Shown: positions 1 to 12,125, counted from the first letter of the stretch. The stretch: 64,000 bases of DNA from Hydrolagus affinis (GCA_012026655.1 JAAILG010000200.1:62001-126000); one strand, 5' to 3'. Notes: generated by a model from the letters alone, not told the origin. Numbers and translations: made by a program.

Positions 1-339
1 CTAAAGATTTGTTTCGCTTTTAGGTAAATTCAGTGCTCAGATTCTGCAGTAAGGGAAATGTTTGATAACATATTATGTTGTACAATACTATAAGAAACAA
101 AATTTTGGAAGTTCCAACATTGTTGGCATAATCTATGAACAGGATTGCTAACTCTAATTTGAATGTATACATAAAGATGGAGAGCTAGCAGGAAGATTTC
201 AGTATGCAAATTGATAAATATTTCTCCAGTGAGAACAGGAATATCAGTTAGAGAATATTGTGGCCTATGTCTGATACAATGTTCCTGCTGTCAATGATAA
301 AAAACACGTAAATACGCCAGCACCTTCACACCTCAGGCA

Positions 340-1134
340 CTGGCAGCATCAACCTCCATGGTTGCACACTCCATCTCACCAAGCCAGTCAGGAACCTAGG
401 TATTCTTATTTGATCCTCAACTATCTTTCCAGCCCTATATGCAAGCCATGACCCACTCTGCCTTGCTTCACTTCCGCAATATTACCTGACTCCACCTTTA
501 CCTCACCCCTCAGGTTGTTGAAACCCTCATTCATGTCTTCATTATATCCATGCTCAACTACCTCAACGCCCTGCTTGTCGGCCTTCCAATTCCTCCCTCC
601 ACAGGCTGCAGATAATCCAGAACTCTGCAGCCCATGTCCTCTACCGCTCCACCCCATCTCCCCCATTCTCACCTGACTCCATTGGCTTCCCAGCACCCAG
701 AGGATTTAATTCAAGATCCTGGTCCTCACTTTCAAAGCCCTCCAAGGCCTCACCCCACCCTACCTCGGGGAACCTCCTAACCCCCTACCAACCTGCTCAC
801 TCCCTCCACTCAGCAGGCTCCGGCCTGCTCCATGTCCCCCTACCCACCAGCCCCAGCATTGGCAAGCAAGCCTTTAGCCACTCTGCCCCTAACCTCTGGA
901 ATTCCATTCTGCAGTCCCTCCACCTCACACCATCCATAGCCTCCTTCAAGTCACGCCTTGAGACCCTCCTCTTCAATGGTCCCATCGGTCATTCCAAATC
1001 CCCTCCTCTCCCTCCATCTTTCCCGATCCCTACCCCAGCTCAGGTCTGAAACATTGACTGTCCAGTGCCCTGGGAAGTTCCCCCCGACATGAAAGGCGCT
1101 ATACAAATGTAAATTTATTGTTGTTCTTGTTGTT
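340..1134 (+). mobile_element. L2-clade LINE, 5'-truncated decayed 3' end
   Basis: Translates to HWLPSTQRI*FKILVLTFKALQGLTPPYL, the typical L2 ORF2 C-terminus. Ends in ...catgaaaggcgctatacaaatgtaaattta(ttg)n. Collinear with the copy at 57960-58752. Confidence 0.9.
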
Positions 1135-1249
1135 GAACATAAGAAAATCTCCTTGTGTGTGTGTATATATATGTGTCTGACCATACAAAGTCAATGAAGC
1201 AAAAAAATGTCAGTTCATTGACCCATCTCTTAAATTCAAGCCTGGCTTC

Positions 1250-1318
1250 TCAACAACAACAATTTGAATTTATGTAGTATTCTTCACGGTGAAAAGCATC
1301 TCAGCGTGCTCCACAATT
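1250..1318 (-). mobile_element. L2-type 3' tail remnant
   Basis: (caa)n followed by aatttgaatttatgtagtattcttcacggtgaaaagcatctcagcgtgct, the reverse complement of the L2 tail. Confidence 0.65.
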
Positions 1319-1319
1319 G

Positions 1320-1900
1320 CAAGGTACGACTGCCCATTGTCACCCACCCTATTCAATGTATTTATCAATGACGTGTTGAATGGCATTGATGGGGATGGAC
1401 TTGGTGTATTTGTTCCAGGCCTTTCTGACAGGATTGTGGAATTTCTGTTCATGTAGGATATTGTGCTACCGGTAGACTCGCTTTGGGACCTTTTGAGCTG
1501 CAGTGAACATTTTGGACACACAGTGGGACATCATGATGGGTTCCCCAAAGGGTAGAATCATTCTATATTGGCTCAAGAGAAGACATTGAGGGTATTGATT
1601 GGAAGATACAAGGAGCATCAATCCCAATTGTTGATTCTTATTGGTATCTTGGAGGTTTTGGTAGACACCAACTTTTGCTTGGACACAGCCCTGAAGGACT
1701 GTACAGAGATTGGGTGAAAGGCACTAAGGTCATGCTCGTCTCACTTGAAGAACAGCCAGGTTCCAATATAGGCCAAGCTTGTTGTACATAAGACCTATAT
1801 GCAAACAGTTCTCCTTTATGGATCTGAGTGGAGGGGTTTCTCCAGTTCATTCACAATTTATAGGATCAAAGCAGTGAGGTGTATTTGTGGCAAACACTGG
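1320..1900 (+). mobile_element. Decayed non-LTR retrotransposon reverse transcriptase fragment (RTE/RTEX-like, clade unresolved)
   Basis: RT motifs in the correct order: CPLSPTLFNVFINDV (1331-), FLFM*DIVL in the same frame (1442-, position of LFADD), IPIVDSYWYLG (1621-1653), AKLVVHKTYMQTVLLYGSEW (to 1831), AVRCICG. Stops and frameshifts are present. Confidence 0.8.
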
Positions 1901-2546
1901 AAGCAGTGACAGGGAGGGAGGACTCCGGCCTACATTGAGCACCCTGGAGGTAACAATCTTTTTTAATCATGGGGATTGTTCACTAGGACAAACTAAAAAA
2001 TTTCAGTCTTGAGATAATAATTTTCTGACAGAGGTGAGAGAGCTACCAGCTGAGACAAACCCTCCAGAAACCATGCCTAATCATCATGTTACCCAGGGTG
2101 GCTACCATTCCTAAAGGAACATGTTACTATAATAAATCTTTGTGCCAGGTCTTTCACGCTTTGTCCCACTGTGTAAAATTACCTCCTCCTCTTTGCTTTA
2201 TTAATGCAGAGAATATTGACCCCACCCAAGATTTCTTAAGCCTTAAGGACTCTTGCCGCTTGAGATGTGTCTCTTTAAAAATACTTTAAGCAGCTTAAAT
2301 GCAGATTTTAAAGTATTTGACAGGATTTTGAACTCCTTTCACATTCCATGAGACTAACTTAGTACAGAAATTAGATCACTGAACTACATTTTAAAATCTT
2401 GATATCGCTATCATCTTCTCCTTATTTCCCTCTCGGTCTATTTATTTTCAGCCTTCGAATATGTCTGTTGCCTCTTTCCAGACAGAGCAGAAGGAGCCAC
2501 CAAAAATCCAAATTCAGGCATATTAGTAAGGATAATCAAAGCTTAC

Positions 2547-2620
2547 ACCTCCCAGAATCCTTCCCTCCAGCCAAGATTTAATTGCTCCACTACAATGATT
2601 TGTTCTCTCCATAGAGGAGA
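2547..2620 (-). CDS. Candidate internal exon (74 nt) of an unidentified minus-strand transcript
   Basis: Acceptor gttctcccccacag| and donor |gtaagc. Open as (V)SSMERTNHCSGAIKSWLEGRILGG, in phase with 4331-4370. Confidence 0.3.
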
Positions 2621-3879
2621 CTGTGGGGGAGAACTTTAACAAAAAGACAACTTTTCAGCAAATTACTGGGAAATACAAATTCTGATGAAGCAATCAGCAC
2701 AGTTACAATTGGTTTGAGATTAACTCCTGGAGAGGTCTGCATTGCTTTTCTTCATCCAATTCATGTGCCCAAAATTACAGTTTGCTGCCGCGTTTATGCA
2801 ATTCAAAACCAATGACTGAATTGAAATCATAAGCAAATAAAAAAAACTACAGTACAATTGCTTTAGGGTGTTAATCTATGATTTAGAGACAAAATTGGTA
2901 GTATTAAAAAATGTAATACACAACCCATCAAATATCATATTGGAATGTTTTTGGAATGTTTAAAAGGATTTAACACCTTAAATCAGATTTTAATGGTCAA
3001 ATATTGGGTACAAAGAAGAGATGGCAGCCATGCTTTACTACTTAAACTATAAAATACACTGCTGAAAAATAAAATACAAAATATGTAAAGCATGAACCAT
3101 TGCATTTTTATTGCAAGATGTCAGGGATCTAAGGTCTTTCATGTGAACTGTGGCAGGATTTTAAAAGCTTTGCTTTTATTACATTTTTCACAATTTAGAT
3201 GATGGAAACAATGGTCAAATATATGCATTGAAGATGATTATGACAAATCCAGATGCAAATACAGATAAATAAGATAAAATTTTCCAAGATAAATAAGATA
3301 GAGAGGTCTTCCATCAGCAAGAGGTCAGTCAGTCAGAGGTCCCATAGAGTTGTTACAATTGAAATTGAAGAATCCTCTCAATCCAAGGTGAGAAGGAAAC
3401 TAATCCGTGGCAACTCTCAGGAGTCAGGACCCACTTGTGTGACTTACAATTAATATCAGTCAAATGGTTTATTGGCAAGGGTATAAAATTTAATATTCCT
3501 CACTTGGCAAAATATTTGAGTTTTTAATAATATTAGGTTTTATTTTAACATTTTACCAAATCAAAAAGTGTCTATCACAAGTTTCTTGCCACTTGTAGAT
3601 TTTTAACTACTTTATCTTTGTGAATGATGATAATAATCCTTTCACTTGAATCTTATTATATCATTGAGATATCTCAAAGCACTTCACAGGATTTTACTGC
3701 AAAAGTGTTCTGATTCTGCATATCACTAATATAGACTGAGGTATGGATGCAGGACTGCCCTTTGGCCAATTTCATCTCAACCATCCAAAATAACCTCTCC
3801 ACTCTTCATGAGTACATTAACATCATAACAATTTCAGAAAAGACCTAAACGTTGATCTATGTTACTACTCATCACATTC

Positions 3880-4000
3880 ACAGCATCAACCTGTTTTTTT
3901 TAAATGACCCCAGCATATTAGCCTCAACCACCCTTAATGGTAACTTGTTCAGATCATTAATTAGCCTTTGGAGAACTAAATACTTCTGGGGATTGCCTGC
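3880..4000 (-). mobile_element. CR1 LINE C-terminal fragment
   Basis: Minus frame QRLINDLNKLPLRVVEANMLGSFKKNRL resembles the CR1 ORF2 end (RVVNxWNxLPxxVVEAxxxxxFKxxLD). Confidence 0.7.
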
Positions 4001-4330
4001 CCTGAAATGAGGATAAGGAGGAGACCTAGGAAAAGCCTTGAGGTGCACGGCAGGTGACCATGTAAGGGCAGGAGGCAGAACCAGTGGAGGAATCAAAGTG
4101 GAAGCAATTCTGCAATATAAATATTTTATTATTATGTTAATTTGTAATTTAAATTTAAATCAGAATTGACATAAAGAAAATGCTTACTGCATTTATTATT
4201 GGTTGTAATTATCTAAGTGTATGTGATACTTAAGAGTATAAAATGTCAATCTATAATATGGTGATGTTATTCTCAAGATCCAAATGCATTCTGTAATTCT
4301 TCATGCACTTCCTCCTCCCAGTATTTTTAC

Positions 4331-4370
4331 CTTGTAAACTAGAGCAGATTTCCAGCACGTGTGGACTTTC
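4331..4370 (-). CDS. Candidate exon (40 nt)
   Basis: Acceptor gttcctttag| and donor aag|gtaaaa. Reads ESPHVLEICSSLQ, phase 0 to 1. Confidence 0.3.
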
Positions 4371-4699
4371 CTAAAGGAACTAGACACAACTAAAACAATT
4401 CAGGATTGTTTAATTTAGAATTTGGTTTTTCAATGTAATTTTGTTGGAATTTGGATGTTTTAGTCTTTAGGGGACCCTATAGATAGTTCATATGATTTTA
4501 CAAGAAAATATTCCTGAGTCTTGACATTTCTGTATTTAGATGTTCATGGCACAAATTTTAGAAAATATATTTTAAATAATTTTTAATTCTTGAATTACAA
4601 TTACAATACCTTCTGTATATAAAGATTAAAACACTTAAAGATGTTTTTACACTGTTTCCAATTACATTTTACATATAATTTACAAATCGATCAGAATAC

Positions 4700-4785
4700 C
4701 TTTCTTTGGTCCCATGATTGTAGCTGGTATCTTACACAAGGGAAAATAGCAACTGGTATTGCTGAATGTTGTTTCTTGCTGTCAC
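4700..4785 (-). CDS. Candidate exon (86 nt)
   Basis: Acceptor ttttttttgtttataaaaacag| and donor aag|gtattc. Reads DSKKQHSAIPVAIFPCVRYQLQSWDQRK; also contains ATG GGA CCA AAG AAA (MGPKK) in another frame. Confidence 0.3.
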
Positions 4786-5444
4786 CTGTTTTTATAAACA
4801 AAAAAAATGCAAACAAACAATGTGGATCATTTGGTCTGTGTCTGAGGCAATCCAACTTAATTTAAACACACAAATGTGTTTTAAAAATTGAAAATATGGA
4901 ACAAATGTGCTAGTTTTTTCAGACCCACTGATGAAAAATCAATATGTTCCGATTTAAAAAAAAATCCAAACCCATTTCCAATGACACCTTTGTCCCATGA
5001 ACTTAGAAATTAGAAATAAAAAATTGCAGTGAAAAATTGCTGAACCAAATGACCTCCAGTAAGAATATATGTGTAGGTTATCTTTTGTGACACTATTACA
5101 AAAACAAGTAGACGAAAATAAATTGACTAAGTGGAATTAATTTACAAATATGAAATCAGATTCTGGATAACTTTTTATAGTTATATAGTCTATCATTCAG
5201 CTTCTGCAACAAGATCAAGCTACATATTGGATATTGTTATAGTTATTATCAAGCAAAATACATCAGTTGAGCAATTGAAAAATATCAATGCGTGTACTTA
5301 AATTCTAATTCTACTAATGCTAGGAACAAACATTATATAAAATTATATTTTAAAAGGTCTAAATTAACTTTTTACATATCTGCTGAAGTTTACTTTTGGA
5401 TCCAAATATGTGTTGTTTATAATTACTCTGCCTTTTAAATCCAC

Positions 5445-5560
5445 GTTTACCTCCAACTATACAATCAATTTACTTTACAGTATATTCTGTGAAGCACTTT
5501 GAGGCATCTAGAAGACATGAAAAGTGCAGTATCAAATGCAAGGATTATTATTATTATTAT
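5445..5560 (+). mobile_element. SINE 3' body and tail fragment
   Basis: actttacagtatattctgtgaagcactttgag...aaatgcaagga(tta)n, shared with the fuller copy at 51755-52088. Confidence 0.85.
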
Positions 5561-7444
5561 ATAAATAGTCAACAAATAAAAGTATTTTTTCTATCAAGAA
5601 AAAATGATTTCTATTTCTGTAACAACATTAATTACTAATTTAACCAGTTTGTTTTTCTTATTCCCTGTTATGCTTCCTGAATTCTTGATTATATTGCATT
5701 GATTTGGGCATGCATAATAATTTTGTAAACGACCTGCTGAGGAAGGTTATAGCAGCTTATTGTTCACAATTCGCAGAGAGACAAAAATCATCATTAGATA
5801 AAAAGCAGATTCAGAGAGATGTTTGAAATTAACGAAAAATAATTGACTTGTTTAATAGAACAATTAGCATACTCTTGACTGTTCAAAAACTGTTTCAGGA
5901 TTGCAATCAGCATTAGCTTGCAGCTGGATCTCCAAGGTTTAATAGGTGATTGAAACTTGTGAAGGGAAAGAAACAGATGATGAAATTCACAGGAGATTTT
6001 GTCACGCTGTTTTCAATACCCAGTGCAACATATTAAGCCCTGTCATTGTTGACAGAATTTTGTTTGATTCAAACAAACCTATACTATAACTTCACCCTTT
6101 AATGAGCTGCTGGAGAGTGGGTTTTCCATAGAGCACCTGAAACACACAACAACAAAACACCTTTTATGGGAGAGCTGTGAGGGTTTGCTGCTGGCAAAAT
6201 TTGTACACAGAGGTCTGTAAACCTGTACTCAGCCAGCTGGGATGCAAGGCAACAGATTCAGCCTTTGCTATAAACTTCACAGACCAATTATCTACTTGGA
6301 ATCATGGGAGTTTAGCAAACAAACAGAAGCCCCTGCTGAGCTATTTCAAACCAACAGCTTGAGGAGTGATTGAGCAACATCAGTGACTTTCAGACAGATC
6401 AATTCCTTATCAAAAAGCATACAATTATTTCGAACATCAGAAGTAGATTCAAATAGCTAAGTTAGCAATCTGCTTCAATCATTTTCTTAAAAAAGCGGAA
6501 CCTTTTTATTGACTTGCCGCTTTCAAAATGTTTAATGCTTGTTATTTATATTTACCCTTTAACTTTGCCTGCCAATTAACAACACTTAATAGTTTCGTTG
6601 CAGGCTGCCCAGAGTAAATGCTTACTTTTGAGGCCAATTGAAGGAAAGAAAAATGGAGGCACTAGTGATTAAACACATTGAAGCAAATTCACAACTTTAA
6701 GCTGCAATCTGACATCAATGTGACGCCTGGACAAAGGAAGTTGACCATTCAGTAAGTTTGCCTTAATGTTCAATTTAAAAATAGATAATGGCGCAATAAC
6801 TCAAAATATATTTGCTATTGTTTCAATATGTTAAGAGAAAACACTGTTAAACATACAATAATGCCATATCAATGATGATCTTTAAAATTGTCAAATAACT
6901 TCAAATTAAAATAAAAGTACTTAATCTATATCCTTGGATTTGATAAATTTTCTGATACAGCCTCACACTAACTGGAGCATTTCAATTAATGGTTAGTAAT
7001 TAATTAGTGGTCCAGTGAATTAACCACTAATCTTTGACATCTAGGAACCTCGATGAAAGTCTTCTATATCTGTTCATCATAACGTCATACTTGAAATGGG
7101 TTTGGGCAGTGTGAAACTAGCTCTCAGTGGACATGAGCTTAGTTTCACAAAAGTCCCCCTAATATGGCACTGAATTATCAATCTCACTCATAGAAACACA
7201 GGATGGCTGGTGCATAAAAAAGGATACAATGATAGAAGACCAAGGTTTGTCCAGTTCACCTTCCATTACCCTGGCAGTAGTTTGAGATGTTATGTCCCAA
7301 ACTACTGTATATACCGTATCCTGAGATATTATTTTCCTTGAACTTCTCATCTGGCCTAATATTAACACCTAATCTTTCCTTGCTCATTAAAGGGTAGAGT
7401 TGCAGTGCATACATTTTAAGAGATATTGTTCATATTTGTAGACT

Positions 7445-7510
7445 TTCCAAGCACCTTGGGACGTCCTCCTGAAATGAAAGGCACTATATGAAGGTAAGTT
7501 TTTATTGTAC
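7445..7510 (+). mobile_element. L2 3' tail
   Basis: gcaccttgggacgtcctcctgaaatgaaaggcactatatgaa matches the other L2 tails in the window. Confidence 0.75.
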
Positions 7511-8183
7511 TGTATTATATTTCATACAATTGTAACTGAAATAAGCGTTGATAGCATTAACCCATTTCCCAGTGCATTTGAGTCCACAAGATAGAATTGC
7601 TGATAATTTTGCACTAAATTTAAAATATCACCGTGTAAGGTCCTTCCGTCATTGTTATGCAGTCCGAGACACTACCCCGTTCGAAGGGCATTATATAGAT
7701 GAAAGTCTGTGTCCTAGTAAAAGTGTATTTGAATATTCACAAATGTTATACCAAGTTGCTGTTAAACCAGAAAGACAATCATAAAAACAACATTGGTTAC
7801 CTAATTGCAATGCAAGAGCTGTAAGATACTTAATATATAGCGTGATTCTACTAAACAATTTAGTACTAAAGAATATCTTTATTGGAATCACAATATTCCA
7901 AATAATTAAAAGATATAGAATTCCCGTATTAAGAAAAAAATGTTTTAGAGAATCTAGTTTTTGTGAATTAAAGTCCACTGTGAATTGTATTGCCCAATCA
8001 AAAAAAAAAGCTTGACTAGATGTGAGTTTTAAACTCCACCAGATCAATCCCATAACCAGTAAACGGATATTATTAAACAGCATGGGGTAGTGCAAACTGG
8101 GAAGCAAAACTTGTGGTGTGCCGCCTTTGAACAGGCCTTGCTTGCGTTCTATGACAGGGCAATTGTTGACATGCTTTTTCATG

Positions 8184-8224
8184 CCAATCTGCAGCTTTTT
8201 TTCAAAACGAGCTGCCATGGTAAC
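8184..8224. promoter_or_regulatory. RFX X-box with nearby CCAAT box
   Basis: GCTGCCATGGTAAC at 8211-8224 (reverse complement GTTACCATGGCAGC), one mismatch from GTTRCCATGGYAAC. CCAAT at 8184-8188. Confidence 0.5.
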
Positions 8225-9109
8225 TGGAGCTTAGCAGACTAAGCAGCTAACAAGCTTCCCTGATGGAGTTGTCTATTTCTATGATTGTCTTCTCTCAGCG
8301 ATAAAATAGACTGCATCCCCTCGAGCACTTTATGCAAGATGATCATTATTTGATGGTAAATTGGAAACCAGTTTGCTACAATTCTTGTGACAGTTTTGAA
8401 TTTCTAATTATTATATCATATACAATATAATATCACTTAATAGTTGCATAATTTAGTTTAAATTACTTATGTAATAATATAGCCCATGCGGTGCAATGTT
8501 TAATCTTGAAAATTAGTGCTAATGTAATAGGTTAAATTGATCGACAGTTATTGTGTTAAAAGGCTTTAGCATTTTCATAGTTTCGTTAACATATCAATGG
8601 AGTCTAATTTGTAGGAATCCCTAATGGGATTCCTTAATAAGTAATGATGAGTTGCGCAAGTGGGGACTCCATTCGGAGACTGATACATCATTCTAACCTG
8701 GGGAAACTCTGCTCTAATGTGATTCACTTGTAGCATGGATTTCTTGTGGGTCCTTATGGAATTCCTTCAAGAAACCCTCAAACTAGGCTCAACTCTCTTT
8801 AAATGCCTTCATATCTTAAAAAGGTGACTGAATTGCCAATGATGTGATTCTGTTTGCTGCTGAAATATAACAACACTTTGGTTCGAACAAAAGCCTTCCT
8901 GTCATCACAAAAAGTAAAACTTTAAATATTTAAATAACTGTTAACGGATCATTGCCAGGGCATCCATCTTGAAATACTTGTAACTGAAGCCACTTCAGTT
9001 TTGCATTCCGGATCACCCGCAGTCCATTGTTCAAATGGAGGCGGATGATGTAAGATCATTATTATGTATGTTACAGAAACAATCCCAACCCATCTACAGA
9101 TGTAATGCA

Positions 9110-9420
9110 AACTGGGTCTTTGATCATGCTTCCCTTTTGATGAGACATTAAACCGAGGTACCGTTTGCTTGCTCAGATGGGTGTTCAATATTCCATGGTA
9201 CTATTTGAAAAGAGAAGGAGTTTCTCCCGGTGTCCTGGCCGATAATCGCTCAAATACAATTTGTCACTCACTCCATGGCTATTTATGGGACATTGCTGTG
9301 CCACAAACTGCTGCCACATTTCATCCACAGTCAATAAACTTTACAGTATATTCTGTGAAGTGCTTTGAGATGTCTCAATGATGTAATCAGGCACTTTATT
9401 GAATGCAAGGATTATTATTA
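9110..9420 (+). mobile_element. Deu-domain SINE (AmnSINE1/SacSINE1-like) with L2-type tail
   Basis: gatgagacattaaaccgagg...ccatggtactatttgaaaagagaaggagtttctcccggtgtcctggcc is the Deu domain, followed by the shared body and aatgcaagga(tta)n tail. Confidence 0.85.
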
Positions 9421-10773
9421 ACTGTTTCCATTGACCATATATTTGCATAATTATTTACACATTTATAAAAGGTTTGTCTTACTGTAAATTTATACCTGCG
9501 TAAATACTCTTCACTCCAATATTGTTGCATCCAAACATTTTTCATTGGCAAACAGATTATGGGGATACATGTTATAGGTTTTTAAAAGTTTAAGAGTGGA
9601 AGTGATAGATATAACCAAACTATTTGTTGTGGATCAAATGGCTGAAGTTCTATTTGTTACACCTTGAGATGATAAAAGTCTTAATTGGAAGGCAGATTGG
9701 AAGGATTTTTTTTGTATATAGGTCGAACAGATTCTCAACACTTGCTTAAAAAAATTGGTTAAGTATCGTGTTGAGAGCAATATTGAAGGGTGGTAGGTGA
9801 ATGAGACAAACAAATACTTTGTGGAACACAATGTTACTTTTGTGTGCTAGCAGAGAACAAATTGTACTTTACAATATACTGTACTGCCTATATCAAATTT
9901 TAAGATGCTCAATATTTTAATGTTTAGCCTAGATTAACAATACATATGGACAATGTGATTTCCAATTTTCAGCGTACATTGTGAGAGTACAATAACCTTA
10001 CCAATAGAGCATTACTCCCATAACTTGATATAGTCAGATTTTTACCCAGAAACAATATGAAAAGTCGAATGGGTGCAATTGTCCCATAACCAGTTTTTAA
10101 TATGCTTGATCTTAAATAAGAGTAGTAATAACATCCCATTTCTACCTGAGTATTAACATACGATTTAGCAATGTTTGATTTTTGCTGCTGGCAGTTAGTT
10201 AAGCCATTCAATTGAATTTTAGGTGTAACCATGTAAAGGAGTTATGTTGACAACAGAAATTAATCTCTTGATAACTGAACAGATTAAGTTTCACAAATGG
10301 TATAACTAGTGAACCAAATGTTGGGAGAACACCTCAAAGAACTTCACATGATTCAATAGTAACTGTAATTTGTAGTGTTTTAGAAATATTGAACCAGAGG
10401 TGTCTGGCTCCCTCAATTGGTTGGTGGTAAAGGCCTTGGGGTGTGGGGTGGAGGTGAGGGCAGAGGATTGGTAAAATATTCACTGTGTTTATTTGCTTAA
10501 TCTTCGCTGTACTACTAGCTTGGAATAGGAAGATAGGTCAATGACCATCACTCAAAGGTGGAAGATCTACTATCTTCCTAGCATATGGATTTGGCCATAT
10601 TGTAGCCATTTTTTTTACTCAAGATTGTTCTAAGATTAATTTATCTCAGGTAATGAATGTGCCAAAGGTATCCACCCTCATCTAGTTTCTTGCTTTGTAA
10701 ATAAATAATATAGGTGAGGTTCTTATGGTATTGGATTACTTTAAACACTCAGATCAGAAGTGGAAATGTTACT

Positions 10774-10840
10774 AACAACAACAACAACTTCAATTTATAT
10801 AGTGCCCTCCACACCGGGTGTCTCAGAGCACTTCACAATA
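10774..10840 (-). mobile_element. L2-type 3' tail
   Basis: (aac)n ttcaatttatatagtgccctccacaccgggtgtctcagagcacttcaca. Confidence 0.7.
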
Positions 10841-12047
10841 GCGGATCCCTTGTGAAAGGCAAAATTGCAAGTTGTTGATGTTGAAACTCCGGCTGATTTT
10901 TTTAAACATTAGTTGAGGATATAGGGCCAAAGAACAATACTTCTCCTGCCTCTGTGGCTGTGTTTGGCCAATTCAGGATGACTAGAGATTGAGTCTGGGT
11001 TTTTTCCAAATATGTATGGCTTAAATATTCACTCAATAAGTGGCTGAGCCAAAATTGCAGCTCTTCAACCTTACATTTTAGATTTACCAATTCACAGGAT
11101 TGTTCTATTCTTGACAAATAATGAAATAGTGAGATACCATTAATTTTGAAGATTTTTATTTACGCATAAACTGTTTTAATAAATAATTTACTTTGTATAA
11201 TCATGTATCAGTATGTAGCTCAAATGGGAGACAACATATTTGAATGGTTTAAATGTTAGGCTGTTTGAAATAATGTTAGGCTGTACTATAACTATCTTAT
11301 GAATATTAGGACAATAGCAATTCTGAAAGAACTGGAACACTGTCAATGCAAGATGGGTACATGTCATGCTGTAGATTTTTAAAGTGCTCTGAAATCATTC
11401 ATGGTTGATGGGTGAATATAATTTCTTCAGGGTTTAGCTATTGAAAGTCGATTCCTTGTTCCATGCGTCTGAATAGAACTGGTATTTTGAACCTATATTA
11501 GTAAAACGTAATGTTTTGTGGAATGAAGGTGGTTCGACAACAGCCAGAGACAATGCAAATCTTAACCTTTTCTTTCCAAGAAAAGTATAAACTGTATCAT
11601 GTGGCATAGGTAGTGTTTTTATACAGCAAACAAAACCTCAAAAGATGGGATTTGCTTTGGGAATCGTTAGAACAAGTGAATCAGAAACATAATTTTCAAA
11701 CAGAAATTTCAGCAGTTATGTACGGATAATAGTGAATATCCTGTTAACATACTGCAACAAGAAAGTGAGGTTGCCTGATGCTGATAATAAGGTTTGTGAA
11801 TAGTTATCTATCTGATAATTGCAATGAGTGAATGATGAAATATTTCATTGGTTGCATGTAGCAAATAGATGATGTAGTAAATAACAGTTAACTTAATTTA
11901 CACAATATTTAAAGTTTTTCTCTATCAAGTTGAGCTAAATAGCACATATGTTTTGCGTGTGGGCTATGCATACAAAAGCTAGATTCCAGGAAGAAAGTGG
12001 AATGAATACATGTTTACAAATTTTCTGGAATAAATGATAGACTTAGT

Positions 12048-12125
12048 TGACGAGGTCATATCTGCTGGATCAGGTGAATATTAAAGATCCCATGCCACTA
12101 TTTAAAAATAGGAACTCCCTCTTTT
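12048..12125 (+). mobile_element. Deu-domain SINE fragment
   Basis: caggtgaatattaaagatcccatgccactattt is the Deu core. Confidence 0.65.

Noticed and set aside
421-1184. Minus-strand ORFs of 62-91 aa (also 14084-14509, 21119-21421, 57872-58669)
   Set aside because: Antisense or off-frame readings of L2 fragments.
7691-8218. Longest ORF in the track (175 aa, minus strand), starting at the ATG inside the X-box
   Set aside because: It runs through AT-rich sequence with T runs, has F/L/I/K-biased composition and no recognisable domain. The ATG is simply the centre of the X-box palindrome.
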